Shown: in pieces, positions 47,368 to 57,080 of the stretch
Layout: every line of letters begins with the position of its first letter
How positions within the stretch are numbered: position 1 is the stretch's first letter
Assembly: GCA_037201605.1 (NCBI GenBank)
Contig: JBBCGM010000002.1
Location: 80,697-144,696, forward strand
Length of the DNA stretch: 64,000 bases
Direction: 5' to 3'
DNA from: Candidatus Moraniibacteriota bacterium
Lineage (GTDB): Bacteria; Patescibacteriota; Minisyncoccia; Moranbacterales; UBA1568
Position numbers and translations under genes: made by a program
The notes under the pieces: model-generated
Seen by the model: only the letters and a program-made list of their open reading frames with translations
The model's database searches: none
What the model was told of the DNA's origin: nothing

Positions 47368-47790
47368 ATGGCAGTTAATTGCGACATTGAATATGTTGCA
47401 AACCCTCTGGGAATGGAGAGCAGAATGCAACTTACCAAAATTGAGATTTCGGGAATCAATCTCACGGGTACTATTTCTTGGGCCCGCTACTGGATTCTCA
47501 AAGCGTTTCAGGAAATGGTTCCCTGTGACGAGTTGCAGCTTCAAACGTGCCCAATTTCCCTTGACCTCAAGGGTGAGCGAGGGGATACGTTTCGCAACGT
47601 GCTGGCTCGCGGCATCTGTGCGGGGAGAACCTTCTCCAGCGAGTGCCGCTTGTCTCAAATTCACGGTGGTGGAAAATTTTCCATCTGGCATATCATCATC
47701 GTTCTTGACGACGGCACCGAGCAAACTTTCCACCCAGGGCTGTGGCCAAGTTTCCCACCTGTAGATGACGGGGGGATGGAACATTTCTGA
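47368..47790 (+). CDS. Hypothetical protein (start may be 47413 or 47425)
   Basis: 140-aa ORF immediately downstream of the consensus promoter. The antisense 190-aa ORF (47221..47793) runs through the promoter and terminator and is considered a shadow. Confidence 0.4.
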   Translation: MAVNCDIEYVANPLGMESRMQLTKIEISGINLTGTISWARYWILKAFQEMVPCDELQLQTCPISLDLKGERGDTFRNVLARGICAGRTFSSECRLSQIHGGGKFSIWHIIIVLDDGTEQTFHPGLWPSFPPVDDGGMEHF

Positions 47791-47901
47791 CACCGACGCT
47801 GAGAACTGATTCTTACTCGTACACTGAACCCCAACGAGGATAAATAAGGGGTTCTTTTCTTTTATTCAAAACAGGTTAGAACCTGGTATACTAGAAATAT
47901 T

Positions 47902-48415
47902 ATGTTATCCAAAATATATTTTATTATCGGAGCCAATGGTGTAGGTAAACTACACTCTTATCTCATGTAAGGAACCTTTTATCGGAGCATTCTTTTAAGC
48001 TTCATGATTTTGATGAAAGAGGAGTTCCGGATAATGCTGATAAAAATTGGAGGATAAATGAAACGGATTACTGGATTCAATTAGGAGAAGAAAATAAGAA
48101 GAAAGATATTTCTACTATTATCTGTGGTTTTTCAAAACCTGAAGAAATAGATAAGCGAGCAGAAATTATATTGCTTGATGTGGATGCGAATTCATTAGAA
48201 AAGAGACTGGGGAGAACGCTACCAAACAGAGGAATCTCTAAAAGAGCTAAAAAGAACAACTGGTAAGACCCTAGATAAATTTGTCTCTGATAATATTTAC
48301 ACCTCCTCTCTTTTGAGAAAAAGCTGCGAGGAACAGAAATGTAAGATAATTGATACTTCTCATTTTTCGCCAGAAGAAGTCGCTAAACAAGTAGTGGACT
48401 GTATAAAAAGATAAG
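47902..48415 (+). pseudogene. Decayed P-loop kinase/AAA-like gene in an AT-rich patch
   Basis: Hand translation gives MLSKIYFIIGANGVGK (Walker A), then stops and frame changes. Later fragments read ...HDFDERGVPDNADKNW... and ...IILLDVDANSLEKRL... Confidence 0.5.
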
Positions 48416-48579
48416 TCAAACTTCATCAAATATATAAAGCTTTCTTTTGACAGAAAGGCTTTTTTCTTCTATGCTGAAACGAAGTTTATTAATTCAGAGC
48501 CAGTTCGTCTCGTAGGTACACTTGGGGTAGTAGAAGTCCAAGCGTGTTTATGAGCCGGGAGCGGCTCAATCAGAAGAGT

Positions 48580-50700
48580 ATGCAGGAGCAGAAATGGACT
48601 CTCCAGCTTGGGGGACGTGAATTAACCGTTTCCACTGGGCTTTTGGCGGGCCAAGCCGATGGCGCTGTGACCGTGCGTTACGGCGACACAGTTGTTCTCG
48701 GTACGGCGGGTGATGAGCAAAGGCGCATCCAAAATCATGGGGTATTTCCCCCTCATGGTGGATTACGAGGAACGCTATTACGCTGCCGGAAAAATTAAAG
48801 GCTCGCGCTTTATCAAGCGTGAAGGACGTCCGTCAGATGACGCTGTCCTTTCAGGCCGAGCGGTAGACCGTACTGTACGGCCGCTTTTTGACAGCCGCAT
48901 GCGCAATGAAGTCCAGGTGATCGTCACGACGCTTTCCTATGATGGCGAGAACGATACGGATCTGGTAGCGATGATCGCGGCTTCTGCAGCCCTCTCAATC
49001 TCGAGCATTCCGTGGAACGGCCCTATCGGCGCCGTACGCGTCGGTATGTCCACGAGTGGCGAGTTTATCCTCAATCCTACGACCGAAGAGCGCCGTGATG
49101 CCAAGCTCGACCTCATTGCTTTCTGGTACGGCCGGCAAGATCAATATGATCGAAGCCGCTGCCCAGGAAATCCCTGAGGAGAAAATGGCCGAAGCCTTCA
49201 AATTTGGGTTTTGAAGCTATCCAGAAAATCGCAGGATTCCTTTCTGAAATCCAAACTTCTCATGGGAAGGAAAAGGCTGAGGCTGCCCGTCTTACGGGTG
49301 ACCCTGCTTTCGAGAAAGCTTTCCGGGAGGCTCTTCTCAAAGAAGACGTGGCAGAGGCTCTCTATATACTTCCCAAGAAAGCTATGGAAGAGCGCATGGG
49401 AGCGATCGCCAAGACGGTAACCAAATGGGCGAAAGAAACCCATCCGGAAGAAGCAAGCGACGAGCTCATGAATCTCCTCATTGATGAGGTATGCGATGAG
49501 ATCGTCCACGAAAATATCCTCAAGCAGGAGAAGCGACCGGACGGACGCAAGCTTTCCGAACTGCGCCCCCTCTTCTCTCAAGTAGGCATTCTTCCGCGTA
49601 CCCACGGTACTGGACTCTTCGTGCGTGGCGAGACCCAGGCTCTCACCGTGACCACTCTGGGCGCGCCTGGCGATGAGATGGTGATTGATACCATGAAGAC
49701 TGACGAGAAGAAGCGCTACATGCACTTCTATAATTTCCCGCCGTATTCCGTAGGCGAAGTCAAGCCAATGCGCGGCCCGGGCCGCCGAGAAATCGGCCAC
49801 GGAGCACTCGCCGAAAAAGCACTCCTTCCGGTACTGCCAAGCCGTGAGGAATTCCCGTACACCATTCTTCTCGTTTCCGAAGTGCTCTCCTCGAACGGTT
49901 CGTCATCCATGGCATCGACCTGCGGTTCAACCCTTTCCCTGATGGACGCGGGCGTGCCGATCAAGAAGCCAGTTTCCGGTATTGCTATGGGCGTTATCGC
50001 CGGAGAGAACGGAGAATACAAAATCCTTTCTGACATCCAAGGGTTAGAAGATCATTACGGTGACATGGACTTTAAAGTCGCCGGTACCCGTGACGGCATC
50101 ACGGCCATGCAGATGGATGTGAAGATCGACGGCCTGACGCCGGAAATGCTCGCCGTCGCTATTGATCGTGCCAAGGAGAGCCGTCTGGAGATCCTGGAGC
50201 ATATGCTCAAGACGATTGAAGCGCCGCGCGCTGAAATGTCACAATATGCCCCGCGTATCATTACGCTGCATATCAATCCCGAAAAGATCCGCGACGTTAT
50301 CGGACCGGGCGGCAAGATCATCAACCAGATCATCGACGAGACAGGCGTCTCTATCGATATCGAAGATGACGGTTCCGTCTTTATCACCTCCAACGATCAA
50401 GCAGGCTCTGACAAGGCTGTAGAGTGGGTGCGCAACCTGACGCGCGAAGTAAAGGCCGGTGAAATGTTCCAGGGCCGCATCACGCGCCTCATGAACTTCG
50501 GGGCTTTTGCCGAAGTGCTGCCAAATCAAGAGGGTCTGATCCATATCTCCGAACTCGCCGATTACCGCGTTGAAAAAGTCGAAGACGTAGTGAAGGTAGG
50601 CGATATCGTACCGGTTGTCGTCAAGGAAATTGATTCCCAAGGACGCATCAATCTCTCCATGAGGGCTGCGCAGGCAAAAGTTACTGCCGAGGGAGAATAA
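48580..50700 (+). CDS. pnp: Polyribonucleotide nucleotidyltransferase (PNPase), 2 frame breaks
   Basis: Pieces 48544..48798, 48692..49177 and 49204..50700 carry [17 protein letters not shown], two RNase PH domains, KH ([13 protein letters not shown]) and S1 ([20 protein letters not shown]). One break is at a GGG run at 48708-48710. Confidence 0.9.
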
Positions 50701-50790
50701 GAGTCTAGAAAATATTCGATTGTCTGGTATACTGCAAAGGAGCGAAAGCTCCTTTTGCTGTTTTTGCAAAACGTTTCAAAACAAAAAACT

Positions 50791-51923
50791 ATGAGCATGT
50801 TTTCTTCGGGAAAAAAAGATGATTCCCGAGACCCGGCCCGAGAGGCTATTCCCGCGGAAGTCCTCAATCAAGTGAGTGTCATGGGTGATGCCCCGACAAG
50901 AGATTCTGCCGGGAGTTTAGCGGTTGAGCCGAAAGCCCCGCCGGTATCATCTAAAGCCGAACCCGCCCGTCCTCCTGCGCCACCGAGCCCTTTTCTTGAT
51001 CCGAATACTCGCCCTACCCCTCCGTCCCAGCCTGCGCCGCGGCAAATCTCCCCTTTTCAAAAGACACTATCGGAAGTCCGAGCTTTGATCGAACAGCTGC
51101 TCCATCCCCGTCTGCTGCTCCCGGCTTGCCGACCCCTCCTCTTGCGCCTGTGTTGCCGGCAGCAAAACCCTCCCGACACATACCCTGGATGTGGATCCTC
51201 TCCGTTGTCATTTTGTTTATTCTCTCAGGCGGCGTTGGCTACTTTCTCTATACCTCGCACCTGAATCAAGAAGCTGCAGCTCCTGCGCCCGAAGAAACCC
51301 CCTCTGTAGAGGCAAATACCGAAACACCGACTCCGCCGGAAGTCCCTTTTGCCCTGGATCAGCCGAATCCTCTTTCTCTCAATACCGAAACCAGTACTCC
51401 TCAGTCCATCCAGCAGGAGCTCTCCGAACGCGCGGATGCTATCCTGAGGACCCAAATGGTCTCCCCGGTCGAGTTTTTGATCACGGATCAGAATAATAAC
51501 CAGCTTGCTTTCAGCCGCTTTGCCTTTCTTTTGGGCCTTTCCTTGGATTCGGATCTTCTCTCGACTTTTGACGAGCCCTTTGCGCTTTATCTCTATAACG
51601 ACGGCGGAGTGGTCCGCATGGCTCTGGCTGTTTCCCTGAAAGCATCCACGAGTGATCCTATGGCAGCTCTCGCCAATGTTGAAAAAAGCCTGCCCCAGGG
51701 CATGCAGAACCTCTTCTATCCCGCCACCAGCCTCAATCTGAGTGATCCGGTCTTCGCAACGGGAGATTTTAACGGTTCCCCAGTGCGCTATGTGAACCTG
51801 GATACGGCTACTAACTATTCTTTCGACTACACGGCCAAGGGAAACGTTGTTGTGTTCGGTAATAGCAAGAATATGGTTCGTACCGCGCTCCCGCTCGTGA
51901 ATTTTTCTTCCTCGGCACAGTAG
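50791..51923 (+). CDS. Hypothetical Pro-rich single-pass membrane protein (one frame break near 51070-51130)
   Basis: ORFs 50755..51264 and 51126..51923. P/A-rich N-terminal region, TM helix WILSVVILFILSGGVGYFLY, then an extracytoplasmic domain. Confidence 0.4.
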
Positions 51924-51951
51924 AAAAAGTCAGAAGACTTTTTTCCAAGAG

Positions 51952-51988
51952 ATGCTGCCGCAATATGCGGCAGCATTTTCTTTTTTCT
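51952..51988 (+). terminator. Intrinsic terminator
   Basis: ATGCTGCCGCA-atat-GCGGCAGCAT followed by TTTCTTTTTT. Confidence 0.7.
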
Positions 51989-52041
51989 GTGATTGCTATG
52001 CACTTCTGCAGAGAAAGATGCGAGAATGCGAGCGATGTTCC

Positions 52042-52070
52042 TTGACCAGAGCCTATTTTTTTGCTATAAT
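52042..52070 (+). promoter_or_regulatory. Near-consensus sigma70 promoter facing an ORF-free region
   Basis: TTGACC (52042-52047), 17-nt spacer, TATAAT (52065-52070). Confidence 0.6.
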
Positions 52071-52076
52071 GGGTCT

Positions 52077-52572
52077 ATAGATGTGTTAGATCTTTGACAA
52101 CTTCTCTCCCACAGTCTCTTTACGGACGGTGAAAGGGTTCCCGGTCACAATTCCCCCTAATTGTGCTGGGTACTCTTTCACTGTTCAAGTGTTCCGGCAA
52201 TGACCGGAGCCGCTCCATCCTAACCAGGAGACCTAAAAATAAAACCAAAAGCCTGAAAAATAATATTACGCAGGCACAAAAAAGAAAAAGCAATAAAAAA
52301 ACAAGTTCTTTGTAAAATTAAAGGCATAGCCAGAGAATGGTGAGAGGATAAGTGCTTGAAATGTTAGGCCAAGCGCGTATATGGGCATGTACACAAAACA
52401 CAGGCGTGTTACTGGATTCTCCCTCGCTTTCCTCACCCGTAAGCGAACGAACCTGCATACCTGTTGGCACATGCAAGTTCGGGCGCTACAGCCAAATATA
52501 TTTATTATTGGGCGCAAGTAGCGCCCGACACCAACAATTTTGTATACTGAAAGCCTGAAAGGGCGTTTTTTT
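52077..52572 (+). ncRNA. Candidate structured non-coding RNA, family unassigned
   Basis: About 500 nt with no credible ORF lie between the promoter and a T7 tract (52566-52572). Long imperfect hairpin 52127-52183 (CGGTGAAAGGGT.../...ACTCTTTCACTG, apical CACAATT/AATTGTG). A-rich linker at about 52236-52320. 3' hairpin GGGCGC-aagta-GCGCCC (52510-52526). The strand is inferred from the promoter only. Confidence 0.35.
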
Positions 52573-52587
52573 ATTACCCAAAACCCT

Positions 52588-52976
52588 ATGCCGGCTCAAT
52601 CAGCAGACTCACTTGGCCGCTTGGGAGAGAAACTGGCTGCCCGCTATCTCTCCGAGCGAGGCTATCGGATCCTGGAAGAACGCTATACGAATACCCGAGG
52701 CTACCGCTTAGGGGAGGTCGATATCATCGCCGAATACCAGGGCTACTTGCGCTTTATCGAGGTCAAGACCAGCCTGCTGCGTAAAGAGGACCTCTTTTCG
52801 CCCGAAGAACGTCTTTCTCCTCGCAAGCTGCACCTGCTCGAGGGCATGGCAGAGCGTTATATCCGTGAGAAGCGTTTTTTTTGAGTATGAATACGGTTTT
52901 GATGCGGTTTTTAGTACTCTATGATCCAGAGCAAAAAAGCGCCAAAATCCGCCTCCTGGAGGACATTTTCTTGTAG
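52588..52976 (+). CDS. YraN-family (UPF0102) endonuclease-like protein (2 frame breaks)
   Basis: LGEKLAARYLSERGYRILEERY...GEVDIIAEYQGYLRFIEVKT. The tail ...FDAV..LVLYDPEQKSAKIRLLEDIFL* is only readable after shifts at T8 (52875-52882) and a T5 run. Confidence 0.7.
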
Positions 52977-53021
52977 GGAGCGCCCTTTTTTGATACAGTA
53001 CAGGCACTTAATGAGAAATAT

Positions 53022-53360
53022 ATGTCACTTTCTCCGGAATTTATTCAGGAAATGAAAGAAAAGCTTGAAGCCGAGAAGGCGCGCCTCGAGGAAGAGCTGG
53101 GCCGGCTCGGGAAGCGTGTCGGAGCCGGAAACTATGAAACCAGCTTTACCGCTATCGGTGAGGACCCAGACGAGAACGCGAGCGAAGTAGAGCAGTATGT
53201 AGACGATCGAGCTGTAGAAAACAGCCTGGAGGCTGAATTCAAAGAAGTAGAAGCTGCTCTGGAGCGTATTGTCTCTGGGACGTACGGAGTGGCAGAAGAC
53301 GGAGCTTCCATTAGCGAAGAGCGTCTACGGGCCTACCCGGCTGCCAAAACAGCCCTCTAG
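53022..53360 (+). CDS. DksA/TraR-like protein lacking the C4 zinc-finger cysteines
   Basis: Coiled-coil N-terminus, then ...ALERIVSGTYGVAEDGASISEERLRAYPAAKTAL where canonical DksA has CxxC...CxxC. Confidence 0.6.
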   Translation: MSLSPEFIQEMKEKLEAEKARLEEELGRLGKRVGAGNYETSFTAIGEDPDENASEVEQYVDDRAVENSLEAEFKEVEAALERIVSGTYGVAEDGASISEERLRAYPAAKTAL

Positions 53361-53367
53361 CCCTCAT

Positions 53368-53773
53368 ATGAAGGAAATAAAGCTCCAGAAAGGCCTGCGT
53401 GGCGCCTTTCTGGTTCTTTTTTTCTGGGGACTTATTTTCATCATCCGTGCCTATTTCGCTGTTCCGGGTTCTTTTACCTGTAATTCCGCCGGAGCTCTCG
53501 GTTTCCCCTGGCCCCTGGCTCTCCTTTGGGGAGTGCCGCTGGCCCTCTTGGGAATCCTCTTCTACTGGTGGTCGGTGAGCTCAAACCGTTTAGAAGAAGT
53601 TTCTGCCATTTTGCTGTTTTCCGGAGGCTCCGCCAACCTTTTTGAGCGCTTCTGGTATCATTGTATTGCCGATTACTGGATTGTGCCCCCTCGGTCCGGC
53701 TTTCAACTTGGCAGATACCCTGATCTTTTTTGGAGTCATTTTTCTCACTTTTTCCTTTTTCCCCAAGTCTTAG
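53368..53773 (+). CDS. lspA: Lipoprotein signal peptidase II (one frame break near 53690)
   Basis: NSAGALGFPW..., GGSANLFERFWYHCIADYW, then FNLADTLIFFGVIFL in the next frame after a C5 run. Confidence 0.75.
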
Positions 53774-53789
53774 TTTTTGTAGTTTGCCT

Positions 53790-55319
53790 ATGTCTTCACG
53801 CATTTCCTCAGCCGCTACCCTCGGGATTGAAAGCGTACCGGTTGAAGTGGAGGTAGACGTTCTCTCCGGAGGTTTGCATAATTTTACTCTGGTCGGTTTG
53901 CCTGACCAGGCTATTCGAGAATCGCGTGACCGTGTCGGGGCGGCTATCAAAAATTCTGGTTTCCGGCCGATGCACCGGGCCGGACGCGTGACCGTAAATT
54001 TAGCGCCGGCCGATCTGCCAAAAACTCGCCTATTTACGATGTTCCGATCGCCATCGGTATCCTTGCAGCTACCGGGCAGCTCGCCTTTTCTCCTGAAGAG
54101 AAGCTCTTTGTCGGCGAGCTTGCGCTTGATGGCCGGACACGCCGTATCCAGGGAATTCTACCCTTGGCCCTTTTTTGCCCGCAGCACAGGCTACACGGAG
54201 CTCTTTGTTCCTGAAGAAAATGCCCAGGAAGCCTCCTTAGTCTCGGGCCTGACCATCTTTGCCGTTCCTCACCTGAGTGCTCTGGTGAAGCATCTCAGCG
54301 GTTTGCAGCCGCTTCAACCTTTTAAAGCTCCTCAGGTGAAAAGGGTGGTTAACGATGCTGATCATGATCAATCCGATCTGCGTTATATCCGGGGACAGGA
54401 ACATGCCAAACGCGCACTCGAGATTGCAGCTGCTGGGGGACACAATGTTCTCTTTGTTGGACCGCCTGGCAGCGGAAAAACGCTTCTCGGAAAAGCGTTG
54501 CCCGGCATCCTGCCTGAGTTTCTCCCAGAAGAGCAGTTGGAAGTTACTAAAATCTACTCTGTAGCTGGCCTCTTGTCGCGCCAAGAGGGCATTGTGCGCA
54601 CGCGTCCTTTCCGCTCGCCGCACCACGGCGCGAGTCCAGCGGCGCTTATCGGCGGCGGATCCTTTCCGCGGCCCGGCGAGATCAGCTTGGCCCATCGCGG
54701 AGTCCTTTTCTTGGATGAATTCGCTGAATTCCAGCGCAGCGTATTGGAAAACCTGCGCCAGCCGCTTGAGGATGGGGAAATTGTCGTGTCCCGTGCTCGT
54801 GGAGCGCTCCGCTTTCCCGCCCGCTTTATCCTGGCTGCGGCTATGAATCCCTGCCCGTGCGGCTTTGCGGGCGACCCCGAGCGTCTCTGTTCCTGTAGCC
54901 CTTACCAGGTAGCTAAATATCGCCAGAAGATTTCCGGACCCATTCTCGATCGTATTGATCTGCACGTAGTCGTTCCTCGCCTGAAAGTGACAAAATTCGA
55001 GGAACCGATTGATGCGAATGAGTCGAGCGCCACTGTGCGCGAACGCGTTGAGAGAGCCCGTAGTATCCAGAAAGAGCGCTTTTCTGGGACGGCCGTTCTG
55101 GTGAATGCCGAAATGCAAGGGGAGCAGCTGAAGCGCTTTTGCGCCTTAGGCGAGAGCGAACAGGCGCTCCTCTTTCGTGCCGTCGAGCAGCTCGGTCTGT
55201 CCGCCCGCGGCTACGCGCGTATTCTCAAGCTGTCTCGAACGATCGCCGATCTCGCGGGTATCGAGCAGATCGGAGCGCCCCATATCGCCGAAGCTCTCCA
55301 GTACCGTTTCCAAGAATAG
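53790..55319 (+). CDS. Mg-chelatase-like AAA+ protein ComM/YifB family (2 frame breaks between about 54020 and 54140)
   Basis: GIESVPVEVEVDV...LVGLPD..ESRDRV N-terminal domain. Walker A GPPGSGKT, GVLFLDEF, ...AAMNPCPCG..., C-terminus ...RILKLSRTIADLAG. Confidence 0.85.
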   Translation: MSSRISSAATLGIESVPVEVEVDVLSGGLHNFTLVGLPDQAIRESRDRVGAAIKNSGFRPMHRAGRVTVNLAPADLPKTRLFTMFRSPSVSLQLPGSSPFLLKRSSLSASLRLMAGHAVSREFYPWPFFARSTGYTELFVPEENAQEASLVSGLTIFAVPHLSALVKHLSGLQPLQPFKAPQVKRVVNDADHDQSDLRYIRGQEHAKRALEIAAAGGHNVLFVGPPGSGKTLLGKALPGILPEFLPEEQLEVTKIYSVAGLLSRQEGIVRTRPFRSPHHGASPAALIGGGSFPRPGEISLAHRGVLFLDEFAEFQRSVLENLRQPLEDGEIVVSRARGALRFPARFILAAAMNPCPCGFAGDPERLCSCSPYQVAKYRQKISGPILDRIDLHVVVPRLKVTKFEEPIDANESSATVRERVERARSIQKERFSGTAVLVNAEMQGEQLKRFCALGESEQALLFRAVEQLGLSARGYARILKLSRTIADLAGIEQIGAPHIAEALQYRFQE

Positions 55320-55324
55320 CTGTT

Positions 55325-56273
55325 ATGCACCACCGATCTCGTTTTTTCCTCGCCTTGCTTGCAATTGCAGTGCTCTCCGCCGTTTGTTTTTTCGTGTTTC
55401 GACCGCCGGTACCTGAATATGCAAAAGTAGAGCGTATCTCATTAATGATAGACGGATTAGCTGTTCCGCTTTCCGCTCAGGATACTGGCGCAAAAACCGT
55501 CGGGGAATTTTTGCACGAGCGTCAGGTGGCCCTGGGCCCTGAAGACCGCGTTTTCCCCATGCCGGAAGCAGCGCTTACGAGCGGCATGCATATCACTATC
55601 GATCGGGCGCGCACGTTTACGCTCGAAGCAGACGGCGAAACAAAAACTTTTGCCTCACGCGCTCTTTCTATCGGCGAAGCCCTTTCCGATACGGGTCTTG
55701 TCCTGGATGAAGACGATATCGTTTCGCCGGATGTTGAAGAGCCGCTGGCTGACAGAACAGCCGTACAGGTGATTCGCGTGGCCGTCACTGAAGAGTCAGT
55801 CGAAAAACCCATTCCTTTTGAAACGGAAACAAAGGAAGATGACGAGCTTTCTTGGCGTAAAAAAATTGTCACGACGAAAGGGGGAAAAGGGTGTGGAGCG
55901 CCTGACCTACCGAGTGGCTCGCCACGACGGTGAGGAAGTGAGTCGCAAATTGCTTGCGAGCGAACGCACGAAGGAGCCAGTGACCGAGGTCGTAACCCAG
56001 GGCACCTATGTCAAACTAGGCAAGAGCCATACAGGTGCCGCCAGCTGGTATGCTTATACCGGCACGCTTTCAGCTGCCAATCCCTGGCTTCCTCTGGGTT
56101 CTTATGTCAAAGTGACCAATACGGCGAATGGCAAGAGCGTTATTGTAAAAATCAATGACCGGGGACCGTTCGGTCCCGGGCGCATCATCGATCTGGACAA
56201 GGTCGCTTTTCAAGAAATTGCTTCACTCGGCGCCGGCGTTGTGAATGTTAAGATGGAAGAAATCACCAATTAA
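55325..56273 (+). CDS. Membrane-anchored DUF348-G5-RlpA-like (DPBB) cell-wall protein (one frame break near 55880)
   Basis: TM helix and DUF348-like repeats. G5 (..EKGVERLTYRVARHDGEEVSRKLLASERTKEPVTEVVTQGT). DPBB (GAASWYAYTG...VKVTNTANGKSVIVKINDRGPF). Confidence 0.75.
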
Positions 56274-56277
56274 GCTT

Positions 56278-57080
56278 GTGGATATCGCTCCCAAAAAAAG
56301 TCTTGGCCAGAATTTCCTTCAGGATGAAACCATCGTCCAGAAAATTATTGATATTGCGGGCATTCAAACGGGCGGATCAAGTTCTGGAAGTGGGTCCTGG
56401 TCTCGGCGTGCTGACGGAAGCGCTCGCGCAGGCCGGCGCCAAGGTCACGGCTTTGGAAATCGATCGGCGGCTTATTACGCGCCTCAATGAGCGTTTTCGT
56501 GAAACCCAAGGCGTTTCCATTCTTGAAGGCAATATTTTGCAGACCGATCTGGGAGAAATGGTGAACACTTTTTTCTCAGACGGTACGTATCAGGTCGTAG
56601 CGAACATCCCTTACTACATCACGGCTCCGATCATCAGGCTTTTTCTCACGCTGCCGCGCCAGCCCAAACAGCTCGTGCTCATGGTTCAGAATGAAGTGGC
56701 AGAGCGTCTGGGTGCCCCGATCGGTTCCATGAGCCTCCTTTCGGTCATGGCTCAGTATTACTCCGAGGTTGAGAAGTGCCTCTTCGTACCGCGCGCAAGC
56801 TTTGAGCCGGTGCCCAAAGTAGACAGCGCCATCGTACGCATTGTTCCCCAAACGTCCCTTTGATGATGAAGTTGATCGGGCTTTTTTCCGTATCGTACGC
56901 GCCGGTTTCTCTGCCCGTCGCAAGACGCTTACGAACAATCTGGCAGCGCTTTTGCCCCTCAAGAAAGAAGCTTTGGCAGAAATCCTGATTTCTTTGGGAC
57001 TTCGTCCTGATGTCCGGCCCCAGGCCCTTTCAGTAGAGCAGTGGCTGGCGCTTGTGGCAGCGCTTGAAAAGGCTGCTTAG
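56278..57080 (+). CDS. rsmA: 16S rRNA (adenine1518/1519-N6)-dimethyltransferase (2 frame breaks)
   Basis: PKKSLGQNFL, VLEVGPGLGVLTE, EIDRRL, VANIPYYITAPI, RRKTLTNNL. GTG start at 56278. Breaks near 56365 and 56860. Confidence 0.85.

Noticed and set aside
52077-52572. Calling this region RNase P RNA or tmRNA
   Set aside because: The RNase-P-like words (GGTGAAAGGGT, AGGCCAAG, GAGGAAAGCGAGGG) are split between the two strands and appear in the wrong order. I could not build a P4 pairing. I could not find a tRNA-like 3' end or a plausible tag ORF ending in hydrophobic or Ala residues for tmRNA. The region is left as an unassigned RNA candidate.
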